DNA from: Macrostomum lignano
Taxonomy: Eukaryota
Direction of reading: 5' to 3'
DNA: 64,000 bases
Assembly: GCA_002269645.1 (NCBI GenBank)
Contig: NIVC01000650.1
Span: forward strand, 1 to 64,000
Made by a program: the position numbers and the translations under genes. The stretch's first letter is position 1; every line of letters begins with the position of its first letter. This document shows positions 24,101-36,869 of the stretch, piece after piece. The notes beneath the pieces were generated by a model. It worked only from the letters and a program-made list of their open reading frames with translations. It was not told the origin of the DNA and did no database searches.

Positions 24101-25816
24101 AGAGTAGTGACACCTCAGTCATTAGAGTAGTGACACCTCAGTCATTAGAGTAGTGACACCTCAGTCATTAGAGTAGTGACACCTCAGTCATTAGAGTAGT
24201 GACACCTCAGTCATTAGAGTAGTGACACCTCAGTCATTAGAGTAGTGACACCTCAGTCATTAGAGTAGTGACACCTCAGTCATTAGAGTAGTGATATCTC
24301 AGTCATTAGACTGACCCCTTAGTCATTAGAGTGACACTTTAGTCATTAGAGTAACACCTCAGTCATTAGAGTGTCACCTCAGTAATTAGCATCAACCCTG
24401 CACCTGCCGCACTGCTCAGCACGCTACTCTGCGGCAGCGTTGGCTCTCTCATAGTCGGCAGCTACGGATGGCGCGCCGCCTTCATAGTGATTGGTCTGTG
24501 CGGCCTCACCTGGGCGTTTGTTGTCAGATCTACTCTGCTCCGGCGTCGGCAGAGGGTGATCGACTACGCCGTCACCGCCGATCAGCCTGTCGGATCTTCG
24601 ACCTCGGGCGGTCAGCAGGCTGCTGTCGCCTCCCCAATTGATCAGCACCAGCTGCTTCTAGAAGACACTATGCAGCAGAAAGAGAGAGAAGCTGACAAGT
24701 TAGCTAGAAAGTTGAGCACCGAGTCGAAAGCAGTTGCCGCTGCCGCCGCTGGCGAGCGCGAAGGTGTGCCCTGGGGCGCCGTGGTCAGGTCGCCAGCGTT
24801 CTGGTGAGTAAACTGAAAGCATTTGTCAGTGTCAATCGAGGAGTTTCATGCCCTCAAAAGCAGTTTCATGACCTTCCAAGCAGTTCCATGACCTTCCAAG
24901 CAGTTTCATAACCCCAAAAGCAGTTTCATAACCCCACAAGCAGTTTCATAACCCCACAAGCAGTTTCATAACCCCACAAGCAGTTTCATAACCCCACAAG
25001 TAGTTTCATAACCCCACAAGCAGTTTCATAACCCCACAAGCAGTTTCATAACCTCACAAGTAAATTCAAGACCTCAAAAGCAGTTTAATGACCTCACAAG
25101 TGGTTTAATGACCTCACAAGTGGTTTCATGACCTCACAAGCAATTTTATGACCTCAGCAAGTTGTTTTTAAAGAATCTTAACAAATTTTTGCCTAATGTA
25201 AAACTTAATTGAATGCTCACAAAATGCCACCCCACCCCCGCATCGCAGGGCTATGATCGTTGGTCACTTCGCCCACGCCAATTCGTTCTTCATCCTGCTC
25301 AGCTGGATTCCCACCTATTTTCACGACAACTTCCCCGACGCCCGAGCCTGGGTATTCAACGTCGTACCCTGGATGGTGACCATTCCCGCGTCGCTGGGGT
25401 CCGGACTGCTGGCGGATTGGTTGCTAAGGAAACGATTGAGCGTCACCACTGTTCGCAAGCTGCTGGAAGGCACCAGCCTGTTGCTAACCGCCCTGTTCCT
25501 CTACCTGCTGTGCCACACCCACTCCTACGCCCAGTCTCTGGCCTGCATGGCGTTGGCAATTTGCGCCTGCGGCTTTCACAATTCCGGAATTCTGGTGAAT
25601 CCGCACGACCTCCTGCCGGCGCACGGCGGCGCCCTGTTCGGCGTTATGAACATCTTCGGCGCCGTGCCAGGCTTTGTAGGCGTCTACATGGTCGGGCACA
25701 TCCTGGAGACCACTAAGAGCTGGCCGGCTGTGTTTCTCAACACGGCCGCAATCTGCGTTGTTGGCGCCGTTGTTTATCTGGCGTTCGGCTCGGGCAAACG
25801 GATTCGGTTGCGGTAG
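21171..25816 (+). CDS. SLC17A9: Vesicular nucleotide transporter SLC17A9-like, 488 aa; exons 21171-21238, 22180-22626, 24420-24803, 25249-25816
   Basis: Spliced product WSRQERKQW..LGAFFWGYTCTQFLGGYLADRVGGE..GVPW..FFILLSWIPTYF..GALFGVMN matches the SLC17A9 pattern as recalled. All introns are GT-AG phase 2 and the frame is continuous (1467 nt). Confidence 0.9.
21345..22012. repeat. 28-bp minisatellite (CAGTTGCTGGGCCAGCCTCCCAGATCCT)n in SLC17A9 intron 1
   Basis: About 23 units, degenerate at the 5' edge. Confidence 0.97.
22862..24388. repeat. 20/23-bp minisatellite (AGTAGTGACACCTCAGTCATTAG)n in SLC17A9 intron 2
   Basis: More than 60 units; ends about 30 bp before the acceptor. Confidence 0.97.
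24842..25155. repeat. 20-bp minisatellite (CAGTTTCATAACCCCACAAG)n in SLC17A9 intron 3
   Basis: About 15 units with graded divergence at both edges. Confidence 0.95.
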
Positions 25817-27299
25817 CGAAGCTTGGACTCCGCGCGCGTGTATTTTCTCTTTCATGTTTTAGTATTATGGACTAGCAGTTTTGGCCCCCCCACTGGGGCC
25901 TGACCCGGCTTTGTGGATGGAAGCAAGTAGGACGGGAAACTCCGATAGTTTTTTATTATGCTCGTCTTTCGTTAGTTTGCCTTCGTCAGTTAGTCATAGC
26001 CACACGCTGTCCTCCCCCACCACCCTCACCGACCGTTTCTTTTATGGCGACATTTTTAAAGCTTATGTGAAATTTTACGATTCAAATCTTTATTCGTCTA
26101 CTTTCTTCAGTAGTCTAAAATGAAATTCTCACAATTTTTTACAGCTGTCCTAAGACAGAATTTCCTAAAGACAAAAAGCCTTTACTCATTTAACGTTCTA
26201 ATTTATCAGTAGATAAAGACACGGCAAATGGAGGAACCTTTGTTGTCAATTCAAGAATTTTATTGGCTTCGGACATTGTGCACGAAGTCTACAAAATTTA
26301 TTTGAGCAATTGAGGATTTTGGGTTCCCCAGCCCTCTAGTATTTTCTAAGAAACTATGTTTCCCGTCCTACTCAGAAGATGCATGATCTTGTATAAAGGG
26401 ATTTCTAACTGTAATCCAAATAGATTAATTATAATATTTAAGCCAGCCCAGTTTTTATGTTTGCACTTATTTTATTCGCTATTTAGCTGATAGATTGCTA
26501 AATGATTCATTTCACTCCGGGTAGATAATGTAATCGTGTTTTATCATCTCTTATCTCTCTCCGTTCGGTACTTTCTTTGATTTACGGTGATTGGAACTGT
26601 CTATTTTGAAGTGCAATGCAGTCTACCCTGTGGTTTATTCCACAATAAATAATGCTTTGTAATTCTATGCTGCAAAGCGAACGACAGAAAGAATTGCTTA
26701 ATTTCAAGTGTCGAATATTTTCGTGATTTTGTTATTATTGTTCCTCACCAGTTTTGAATGCTGAATTTTTCTTAAAATTTATTTATCCGAGTTCAATCCG
26801 AATCAGGAAATATTCTGAATCTTAATCCAGCGCCATTCAGACTAAAATATAAATGTTACTCATACCATCCGAGCTACTGACAGTAGCCACACGAGATCAA
26901 GTTCTTAACTAAAGCAGTTAAGGCATTAAAATTGAAAGTTATTAAAATAAACTTTGCTGTTTCAAGCAATTCAAAAGATACAGGCATTTTATATTTGTTA
27001 AATTTGTTTTAACTGCTCAATACTCATTCAGTGGTGAATATTATTTTCAGTATATTTTGTTTACTAGCGTCGGCATGAGCTCACAATGAAATAACACGCA
27101 CGGAAATAGGTAAATGGTACCAAAATAGTAAAAGCATAATCGGATACTCGCAATAACAAAACTCGATGGTATTCAGAACTTGAGATGTTTGACTAAACTG
27201 TTTACGCCCAAATAAGCGACAGTTTTAGACAACCTTCTTAAACTGCCCTTGGTCTGTTCTTAATCCACGTCCGAGATACTCTTACTCTTTTCAACTGGC

Positions 27300-27730
27300 C
27301 GAACCAGCCTTACAACCCTTAAACCGAAACACCTTTAAACTGCCCGAAACACCCTTTAACTGTCCGAGACAACCCTTTAACTGTCAGAGACAGCCCTTTA
27401 ACTGTCAGAGACAGCCCTTTAACTTTCCGAAACACCTTTAAACTGCCAGAGACAACCCTTTAACTGTCCGAAACACCCTTAAACTGTCAGAGACAACCCT
27501 TTAACTGTCCGAGACAACCCTTTAACTGTCCGAGACACCTTTGAACTGCCCGAAACACCTTTAAACTGTCAGAGACAAAGACAACCCTTTAAACTGTCCG
27601 AGACAGCCTTAAACTGTCAGAGACAACCCTTTAACTGCCCGAAACACCCTTAAACTGTCCGAGACAAGCCTCAAAGCTGTTGGAAACACCCTAAACTTTC
27701 CGAGATCTGAGACACAAACTGCCTGAACCA
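27300..27730. repeat. About 22-bp minisatellite (AACTGTCCGAGACAACCCTTT)n downstream of the DAP3 stop
   Basis: About 18 variable units. Confidence 0.9.
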
Positions 27731-27788
27731 ACTCGTTCAAATGTCCGAGATCCTCAACCAGTCCCAGAACCCTTTAGTCGTCAGCAGG

Positions 27789-30700
27789 TCACCACTCGCC
27801 AGCAATGCGCAAAAGTTCGCCGGCATTGCCATCGGACAGGAATGCCAGTTCAGCCCGCCCAGCATCCGTGGCAGCTGCTTCGCTGGTTAGCCAGCCGGAC
27901 TCCGTGTACCAGTTGAGCATATTGCTCATCTCGGCCGGTCCGTACGGCTCCACGTACACGGGCACGAATGGGTCCAGATAGGCGAAGCCTTCATCTCCCA
28001 GCAGCTTGCGCGGCATCCATTCGCGCAGTCTGTCAAACAGGGCGCCCTGCGGCGACACGGACATCACGGCGGCTCCGTTGTTCCAGTCCGAGTCCAGCAG
28101 CTGCTTGAATGCGTCCAGCAGGGTGAGCTGCTTGGCTGTGATGTCCGCCCGCCATGGCGGCTCCTCGCCTTGTCTGCAGGTGCGGGACGGTGGGAAATAC
28201 ATGCAGTTGCTACCTTTACCGCTCACCCGTAATACCCTCTCCGTCTCCACTCACCCATAATTCCCTCTCTGTTCACCCATAATACCCTCCGCTCACCCAT
28301 TAATACCCTCTCCGCTCATCCATAACCCCTCCGCTCACCCATAATACCCTCCGCTCACCCATAATACCCTCCGCTCATCTATAATACCCTCCGCTCATCT
28401 ATAATCCTCTCCGCTCACCCATATTACCCTCTCCGCTCACACCCTCTGTTCACCCATAATACCCTCTTCACTCACCCATAATCCTCTCCGCTCATCCATA
28501 ATCCTCTCCGCCCATCCATAATACCCTCCGCTTATCCATAATACCCTCTTCACTCACTCATAATCCCCTCCGCTCACCCATAATACCCTCTGCTCATCCA
28601 TAATCCTCTCTGCTCATCTATAATCCCCTCCGCTCATACATAATCCCCTCCGCTCATACATAATCCTCTCCGCTCATCCATAATACCCTCCGCTGATCCA
28701 TAATACCCTCCGCTCACCCATAATACCCTCCGCTTATCCATAATACCCTCCGCTCACCCATAATCTACTCTGCTCACCCACAAGACAGAGACTGCCAGGG
28801 CAGCTGTACACTCTACATGAGCGTGTGCATGCCTGCTCAGGGGTCAGGTTGACAACGCCCTCCAGAGAGCTAACTAACAGAATCTAGTTCAACCCAGGCA
28901 AACTTATAAGCAGCTCAACTCACAGCGGAGTCCGTCGAATAGCGTCATTCTTAATACCGGACCGGTGCCACCAGAGGCAGTTGGCCACCTCGAAGCACAC
29001 CAGAGTAGGCATAGGCACGCTGCCCAGCTTGATCTCGTCAATCAGAAACTGCACAGCCGCGCAGCTGTACCTTGGCCTGGCCAGAGCGTAGTCGATAACC
29101 TCCTTCCAGCTGGAGCCGGCAGGCGTGGACTCCTTAGCATTCCAGCTCAGCTCCTTGGTGACTCGAAGGCCGGGCAATATTTCCTGATTCATTGCGTAGA
29201 AATGACGCAACCAAATGCAGCCGTAGCCAGCCGTGTCGAACATGCCAGGCCTGTGGGCGCTCTCGTGCAGTTCGCGACTGTGGCGCATCCACAGGTGCGC
29301 ATTGTGCACGGTGACTAGCAGCCAGCCCCGCCTGCGGCAAGCAGCGGCCACGTGACCCATCTTGAGTAGGGGGCAATTTTTAGAGAGCGGTGTTTAGTTT
29401 CCATGGTGATATTACTGAAGCGTGTGAGGGTTTCAGAGGACATTTTGTACTTTTATGTGGGACTTAAAAATCTGAATCGTCGTCTAAGGAATTGATTATA
29501 AACAGCGATTGAAATGACAATTAAGTATCAAGGACTACCATTAAAGACTCATAAGAGATTGTCAAGGACTACCATGAGGGACTCGTAGGTGATTGTCAAG
29601 GACTACCATGAGATTATCATTGGAGATTGCCAAGGACTACCATGATATTCTCATTGGAGATTGCCAAGGACTACCATGATATTCTCATTGGAGATTGTCA
29701 AGGACTACTATGAGATCCTCATTGGAGATTGTCAAGGACTACCATGAGATCCTCATTGGAGATTGTCAAGGACTACCATGAGATTCTCATTGGAGATTGT
29801 CAAGGACTACTATGAGATCCTCATTGGAGATTGTCAAGGACTACCATGAGATCCTCATTGGAGATTGTCAAGGACTACCATGAGATACTCATTGGAGATT
29901 GCCAAGGACTACCATGATATTCTCATTGGAGATTGCTAAGGACTACCATGAGAATCTCATTGGAGATTGTCAAGGACTACCATGAGATCCTCATTGGAGA
30001 TTGCCAAGGACTACCATGAGGGACTCGTAGGTGATTGTCAAGGACTACCATGAGATTCTCATTGGAGATTGTCAAGGACTACCATGAGATACTCATTGGA
30101 GATTGCCAAGGACTACCATGATATTCTCATTGGAGATTGCTAAGGACTACCATGAGAATCTCATTGGAGATTGTCAAGGACTACCATGAGATCCTCATCG
30201 GAGATTGCCAAGGACTACCATTAGAGACTCATAGGAGATTAGCAAGGACTACCATGAGGGACTCGTAGGTGATTGTCAAGGACTACCATGAGATCCTTAT
30301 TGGAGATTGTCAAGGACTACCATGAGATCCTCATTGGAGATTGTCAAGGACTACCATGAGATCCTCATTGGAGATTGTCAAGGACTACCATGAGATCCTC
30401 ATTGGAGATTGTCAAGGACAATTAAGATAGCCAATGCGCTGAGTTTCCAGCTGCTCACCTGCAACGACTTGCCGCTGCCCCGTCGGCCGTAGAGCACAAA
30501 CCGAAGGCAGGGCCGCCCGTCGCCAGCGTGCCCGGCCAGCCGCTCGCCAATCTCCAACGCCGGGCGTCGAACCATCAGCGCTCGCTGGCCGAGCGTGTCG
30601 AACAGGCGCACCAGCTCGGGCCGGCAGAAATGCCTGGTGACGGCCTGCCAGTCGGCCTCCTCCGGTCTGTACAACAGGCCAACGTGTCGATCTAGCGAGT

Positions 30701-30854
30701 GCCGTTCAGGCGCAGATTCGTCTGTCAGTAGCGCGGCGCTGGCGCCTCCGCGCCGATTGACGCACGCGCCAAAAGGCGAAAGCTGGCGCCGCCGAAGCAG
30801 CCAGTTAGCAATGGAGCGGGACAGCAGCAGAAATGGGGAAACGGGATTGATCAT
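27789..30854 (-). CDS. DAP3: Mitochondrial ribosomal protein mS29 / DAP3, 405 aa; exons 30854-30459, 29360-28924, 28173-27789
   Basis: Arg-rich N-terminal targeting-like segment, P-loop LYGRRGSGKS, then HNAHLW, DWNNGAAV, FAYLDPFVPVYVEPY. Two GT-AG introns (phases 0 and 2) keep the frame (1218 nt). Confidence 0.9.
28215..28775. repeat. About 21-bp minisatellite (ATAATACCCTCCGCTCACCC)n in DAP3 intron 2
   Basis: About 26 variable units. Confidence 0.95.
29520..30419. repeat. 34-bp minisatellite (GGAGATTGTCAAGGACTACCATGAGATCCTCATT)n in DAP3 intron 1
   Basis: About 26 units; ends about 40 bp from the donor. Confidence 0.97.
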
Positions 30855-30979
30855 GTGATACTGAACCGGTCTGGCGAAAATAGACTCATCTTATTAGTAC
30901 ATTGCTTGTCCACTAATTAGACTCGGGCGATGCTGATCTACCAAGATTAGACCTTAAGGGGATGAAGACCTACCTGATT

Positions 30980-31888
30980 TAATCCCAAAGCTACCCAATC
31001 AGAATCCCCAACCTACCCAATTAGAATCCCCAACCTACCCAATTAGAATGCCCAACCTACCCGATCAGAATCCCCAAGCTACCCGATTAGAATCCCCAAC
31101 CTACCCAATTAGAATCCCCCAACCTACCCAATAAGAATACCAAAGCTACCCAATAAGAATCCCAAAGCTACCCAATAAGAATCCCCAACCTACCCAATCA
31201 GAATCCCCAACTTACCCAATCAGAATCCCCAACCTACCCAATCAGAATCCCCAACCTACCCAATCAGAATCCCCTACCTACCCAATTAGAATCCCCAACC
31301 TACCCAATTAGAATCCCTTAACCTACCCAATTAGAATCCTTCAATCCACCCAATTAGAATCACAACCTACCCTATTAGAATCCCCAACCTACCCAATTAG
31401 AATCCCCAACCTACCCAATTAGAATCCCTTAACCTACCCAATTAGAATCCTTCAATCCACCCAATTAGAATCACAACCTACCCTATTAGAATCCCCAACC
31501 TACCCAATTAGAATTCTAAACCTACTCAATTAGAATCCCCAACCTACCCTATTAGAATCCCCAACCTACCCAATCAGAATCCCCAACCTACCCAATCAGA
31601 ATCCCCAACCTACCCAATCAGAATCCCCAACCTACCCAATCAGAATCCCCTACCTACCCAATCAGAATCCCCAACCTACCCAATCAGAATCCCCAACCTA
31701 CCCAATCAGAATCCCCAACCTACCCAATCAGAATCCCCAACCTACCCAATCAGAATCCCCTACCTACCCAATCAGAATCCCCAATCTACCCAATCAGAAT
31801 CCCCAACCTACCCAATCAGAATCCCCAACCTACCCAATTAGAATTCTAAACTTACTCAATTAGAATACCCTACCTACCCTATTAGAAT
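30980..31888. repeat. 22-bp minisatellite (AGAATCCCCAACCTACCCAATC)n upstream of the DAP3 ATG
   Basis: About 40 units; G-rich on the DAP3 sense strand. Confidence 0.96.
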
Positions 31889-32629
31889 CTGCAAGCATAA
31901 AAGAGGCATAGAAAAGAATTATAATATGAACAATAAATAAACGCCAACTAAAATCCACGTTTATATAAAATTCCAAACTGCAGTTACAAACTCGAAATTT
32001 CTGTTGCGCCAAGTTAAAGCCAACAAAACAATTTAAACAAGTTTTTTATGCAGACCAGGGTAGCAAGTTGAACTTAAACACAGCAAACTTCAGTCTGCTT
32101 GCACCAATTATTTACCTGCAGAATCCCACATTGGAACTCTAAGGTCGGAAATTTACCAGGTATATTATTTTTACAAACGCAAATATTTTTCATTAATTTC
32201 AGCAACTGTTTAACAATTCCCCCTTATCCCAATAAAAAGTTACAAACAATAAAAATTGAACACAATCGGAACAATTATATATAATAATTTATAAGAGTTA
32301 GTTAGGATGGACAGTAATGAAACAAAATATAAATAAGCTTCTCAGCGAATGGCAAATGAAGGAGCTACTAGCATTGGCTAGAATGTCTCAATAGTAGCAT
32401 GCGAGTAGCATTTAGCACAAAAAACGCTACAATACTTTGTACAATTTTTAATCAAATTCTCACTGACTTAACTTGTGCGCGAGAACAGGCAAGGTTGTAT
32501 AATGCGAAATTATTCTTGCAGCGATATACAACAGTTGAACACTTAATGGACGCCAGAAAGTAATTTAAACTATGCTTATTGAGCTATCATCCATAGCGAT
32601 ATATATATATATAGGATTACTACAATAAT

Positions 32630-33732
32630 AGTTGATGCTATGGGATCAGATTGATGCTTTGGGATCAGGATTGATGCTTTGGGATCAGGATTGATGCTTT
32701 GGGATCAGGATTGATGCTATGGGATCAGGATTGATGCTATGGGATCAGGATCGATGCTATGGGATCAGGATTGATGCTTTGGGATCAGGATCGATGCTAT
32801 GGGATCAGGATTGATGCTTTGGGATCAGGATCGATGCTATGGGATCAGGATTGATGCTTTGGGATCAGGATTGATGCTATGGGATTAGGATTGATGCTAT
32901 GGGATCAGGATCGATGCTATGGGATCAGGATTAATGCTATGGGATCAGGATTAATGCTATAGGATAAGCATTGATGCTATGGGATCAGGATTAATGCTAT
33001 GGGATCAGGATTAATGCTATAGGATAAGCATTGATGCTATGGGATCAGGATTAATGCTATGGGATCAGGATTAATGCTATGGGATCAGGATTGATGCTAT
33101 GGGATCAGGATTAATGCTATGGGATCAGGACTTATGCTATGGGATCAGGATTAATGCTATGGGATCAGGATTGATGCTATGGGATCAGGATTAATGCTAT
33201 GGGATCAGGACTGATGCTATGGGATCAGGATTAATGCTATGGGATCAGGATTGATGCTATGGGATCAGATCGATGCCATGGGATCAGGATTGATGCTATG
33301 GGATCAGGATTAATGCTATGGGATCAGGATTGATGCTATGGGATCAGGATTGATGCTATGGGATTAGGATTGATGCTATGGGATCAGGATCGATGCTATG
33401 GGATTAGGATTGATGCTATGGGATCAGATCGATGCCATGGGATCAGGATTGATGCTATGGGATCAGGATTAATGCTATGGGATCAGGATTGATGCTATGG
33501 GATCAGGATCGATGCCATGGGATTAGGATTGATGCTATGGGATCAGGATCGATGCTATGGGATCAGGATTGATGCTATGGGATCAGAATTTATTCTTCTT
33601 TGGGATCAGCATTGATTCTGTGGGAACAGCATTGATTCTGTGAGATCAGTATTGATTCTGTGGGATCAGTATTGATTCTGTGGGATCAGTATTGATTCTG
33701 TGGGATCAAGATTGATGGTATGGGATCAGAAT
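32630..33732. repeat. 20-bp minisatellite (TGATGCTATGGGATCAGGAT)n, grading into TGATTCTGTGGGATCAGTAT
   Basis: About 55 units; the unit changes after 33590. Confidence 0.97.
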
Positions 33733-33846
33733 TGAGTGAGTCTATTGGATCCAGATTTAATTACTTAAACAGTATGTACGCTAAATGAATCCCATATAAT
33801 TAAAAGTACGTGTTGCACCAGCATTCGAAAACTTGGGAAAACTGTT

Positions 33847-36549
33847 TCAGGATCTTCTAGTTTTCGAGTTTGTTGTCGTCGAAGAGGGCGGCGGATTCGT
33901 TGCCGGGGCACCGTAGCCCGCAACGCCGAGAAAGCTGCCGTCGTCGGCTGCAGCAGACGATTCAGCTGCTGCTTTGGCCTGATTTTGCTGCTGCTGCTGT
34001 TTCTGTTGCTGTTGCAGCTGTTGCAGACTCTGCTGTTGCATCATCTGGCGTTGTAGATTTCGTTGCACATCGCCCAGACTGTTGGCTACAAGACGAACAA
34101 TGCCGCCTAGTAGGGAGCTGACCTGCGGCTTTACAACAGCAACCTGCGCAGTGGATGGTCAATGCGCTGCAATTTTAACTACCGATATGTTTTGAAACTC
34201 AAGTGATCAAAGGCGATTCCTAATGATCAATAGCGATTCCTAATGATCAAGAGCGATTTCTAATGATCAATGGCGATTATTAATGATCAATAGCGATTCC
34301 TAATGATCAATGGCGATTCCTAATGATCAAGAGCGATTTCTAATGATCAATGGCGATTACTAATGATCAATGGCGATTCCTAATGATCAATAGCGATTCC
34401 TAATGATCAATGACGATTCCTAATGATCAATAGCGATTTCAAATGATCAATAGCGATTCCTAATGATCAATAGCGATTCCTAATGATCAATGACGATTCC
34501 TAATGATCAATAGCGATTTCTAATGATCAATAGCGATTTCTAATGATCAACAGCGATTTCTAATGATCAATGGCGATTTCTAATGATCAATAGCGATTTC
34601 TAATGATCAACAGCGATTTCTAATGATCAACAGCGATTTCTAATGATCAATAGCGATTTCTAATGATCAACAGCGATTTCTAATGATCAACAGCGATTTC
34701 TAATGATCAACAGCGATTTCTAATGATCAATAGCGATTTCTAATGATCAATAGCGATTTCTAATGATCAACAGCGATTTCTAATGATCAATAGCGATTCC
34801 TAATGATCAAGGGCGATTCCTAATGATCAATGGCGATTTTTAATTATTTAATGGGTGTTTGTACTTAATGATGAAACTGTCTGATATTTTTTCACCTGAC
34901 GCTGCTGACCGGTCGATTGCGTAACAGTCGTTGACGTGCGACCTCCAACTCCGTCTCCGCCGCTGCTGCTACTGGCGACCACGCGGTCGATGAAGGAACT
35001 GCTGACTGGCACAATTGGCTGGGCGATGTGCTGCTCGACGGCGCCCTGCTCATCGGCGTAGAGGAAACTCTCGGCCCGTTGCACCTGCGACACGTGGTTT
35101 TTAACTATAGCAATGTTCTTGCAGACCAACATAATCAATTCAGTATGAGAGTTAAGGCTAGAAATCTACCAGAATCTCATTTGATCTATGAGATTTCAGG
35201 CTAGAAATCTACCAGAATCTCATTAGATCTACCAGAATCTCTTCTGCTCTACCAGATTGAGACTAGAAATCTACCAGAATCTCATCTAATCTACCAGAAT
35301 CTCATCTAATCTACCAAAATCTCATTTAATCTATCACAATCTCATATGCTTTGCTACCAGATTTCAGACTAGAAATCTACCAGAACCTCATCTAATCTAC
35401 CAGAACGTCATCTAATCTACCAGAACGTCATCTAATCTACCAAAATTTCATCTGCTCTACCAGATTTCAGACTAGAAATCCAATCCAGAAGCAGAACAGC
35501 GGTGCCTTCAGCTGTACCTTCTCTCCTTCCCGCAGCTCAAGTTGCCTTCGCAGAACTTCGCCAGTCTTCGAGTTGGACCCAGCCGAGCTCAAACGGTCAG
35601 CAGCTGCGGCCGCCTCCTTGGCCGCCTGTCGCTGACGCATGCGACTCATCTGACGTTCAACGAATGCGTCGAACGAATGAGCAGCTCGTCGACTATCGGA
35701 GTTGCTGCCGGCGCCTGCACCGCCGACGCCGCCACTCTCTTGACGATGCCGTCTGTGATGGCCGTGATGATTACCGTGACGCTCGTGTCGATGTCTGCGA
35801 TGACTGCTTGACGAGTCTTTATGAGCATTCCGGTCGTGGTGACGATGGCGTTTGCGGTGCTTGTGCTCTGAGCTTTTATGCTCCTGAGCACCTCGGTGCC
35901 GTCTAACCTTGTCCTCGTGTTGACCTTTGGACTCGGATTTTCTATGCTGCTTCTGTTGCTGCTGCTGAAGAACGAACTCTCTGGCGTCCGTGGCTTCGCC
36001 CAGCTCGTCAAACTGCGGCAGACAGTCAGCAGCGGCTGTTGGAGCCCTACTCGACTGCAAAACTTCATCGCCTGCCAAGCCTCCTCTGTCTTCATCAAAG
36101 CCGGCAGTCTCCGATTCGAGATTATTAGGCGGAGTCGAAGGCAGCAGCATAGCGCTGTCATAGTAGGCGCCAGCAAAGCTATTGCGATCAGTTTCGTCTG
36201 GCCCGTAGCCAGAGTTGGTTTCTAAATCCATGGAAACATTGCCTGGGTCGTCCACTTCCACTGCGGGATCTAAATCTGGGTCCGGATCCTCGGAAGCAGT
36301 AGTTGCAGAAGACTCCGCGGCATTATTAATCGAGTTAGAATTGTTGCTAGTCTTCTTTTGATAATATTCGCTCAATGAGACGCGCTTCTTCTGCGACTCC
36401 TTGTGCTTTAGCTGCATCATCAGGCGCTTCTTCGGCGGCATGGCGCCATCTGGCTCGGCTGGTGGCTGCGGCTGAGGCGCCGCTGTTACAGCGTCGGAGA
36501 CCAGATCCTTTTCGCCAACCATGGAGAGCCAGCGCTTCTTTGCCGCCAT
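33847..36549 (-). CDS. Uncharacterised low-complexity nuclear-type protein, about 505 aa; predicted exons 36549-35518, 35084-34896, 34143-33847
   Basis: A 1-kb open GC-rich frame with KKRWL, PPKKR and KKRVSLSEY motifs, a His/Arg-rich block and polyQ. Two phase-0 GT-AG introns, each filled by a minisatellite. The true start and the third-exon acceptor are uncertain. Confidence 0.6.
34200..34840. repeat. 20-bp minisatellite (TAATGATCAATAGCGATTTC)n, intronic
   Basis: About 31 units. Confidence 0.97.
35150..35480. repeat. About 20-bp degenerate minisatellite (TCTACCAGAATCTCATCTAA)n, intronic
   Basis: About 14 variable units. Confidence 0.9.
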
Positions 36550-36869
36550 TGAATCAATAAATAGGGGCTTTAGTTAAACTATGTTCAGATCTGATGCAAC
36601 AAGTAGTCAGATGTCTTTGCATAAATCAATAAATTTACAACCATCAACAATACTAGATGGAATCGAATAAAATGGCAAAAATAGTTGCGATTGCTTGCAA
36701 CACTTTGCCTTTGCCCCAATGTCCAATGTCATTTCCAATGACATGTACTGTGTATAGAGTACAGTGTATAGACCTCTATACATAGACCATTCGTACATAC
36801 ATCAAATTGAACAATCTTGAATTTTAAACCTGGAACTTTTTAGCTAGATGCCATTAAATTAAGTTTCAC

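Noticed and set aside
26634-26649. Back-to-back TTTATT/AATAAA as a bidirectional poly(A) site
   Set aside because: An earlier minus-strand AATAAA exists at 26778 and such hexamers are common in AT-rich DNA.
22862-33732. CRISPR-like regular repeats
   Set aside because: Head-to-tail units without unique spacers, no cas genes, and an intron-bearing eukaryotic context.
30854-33847. Operon linking the unknown gene to DAP3
   Set aside because: A minus-strand AATAAA lies at 33589-33594 and a CpG-retaining unique segment (31.9-32.6 kb) could be a DAP3 promoter. It cannot be excluded without RNA data.
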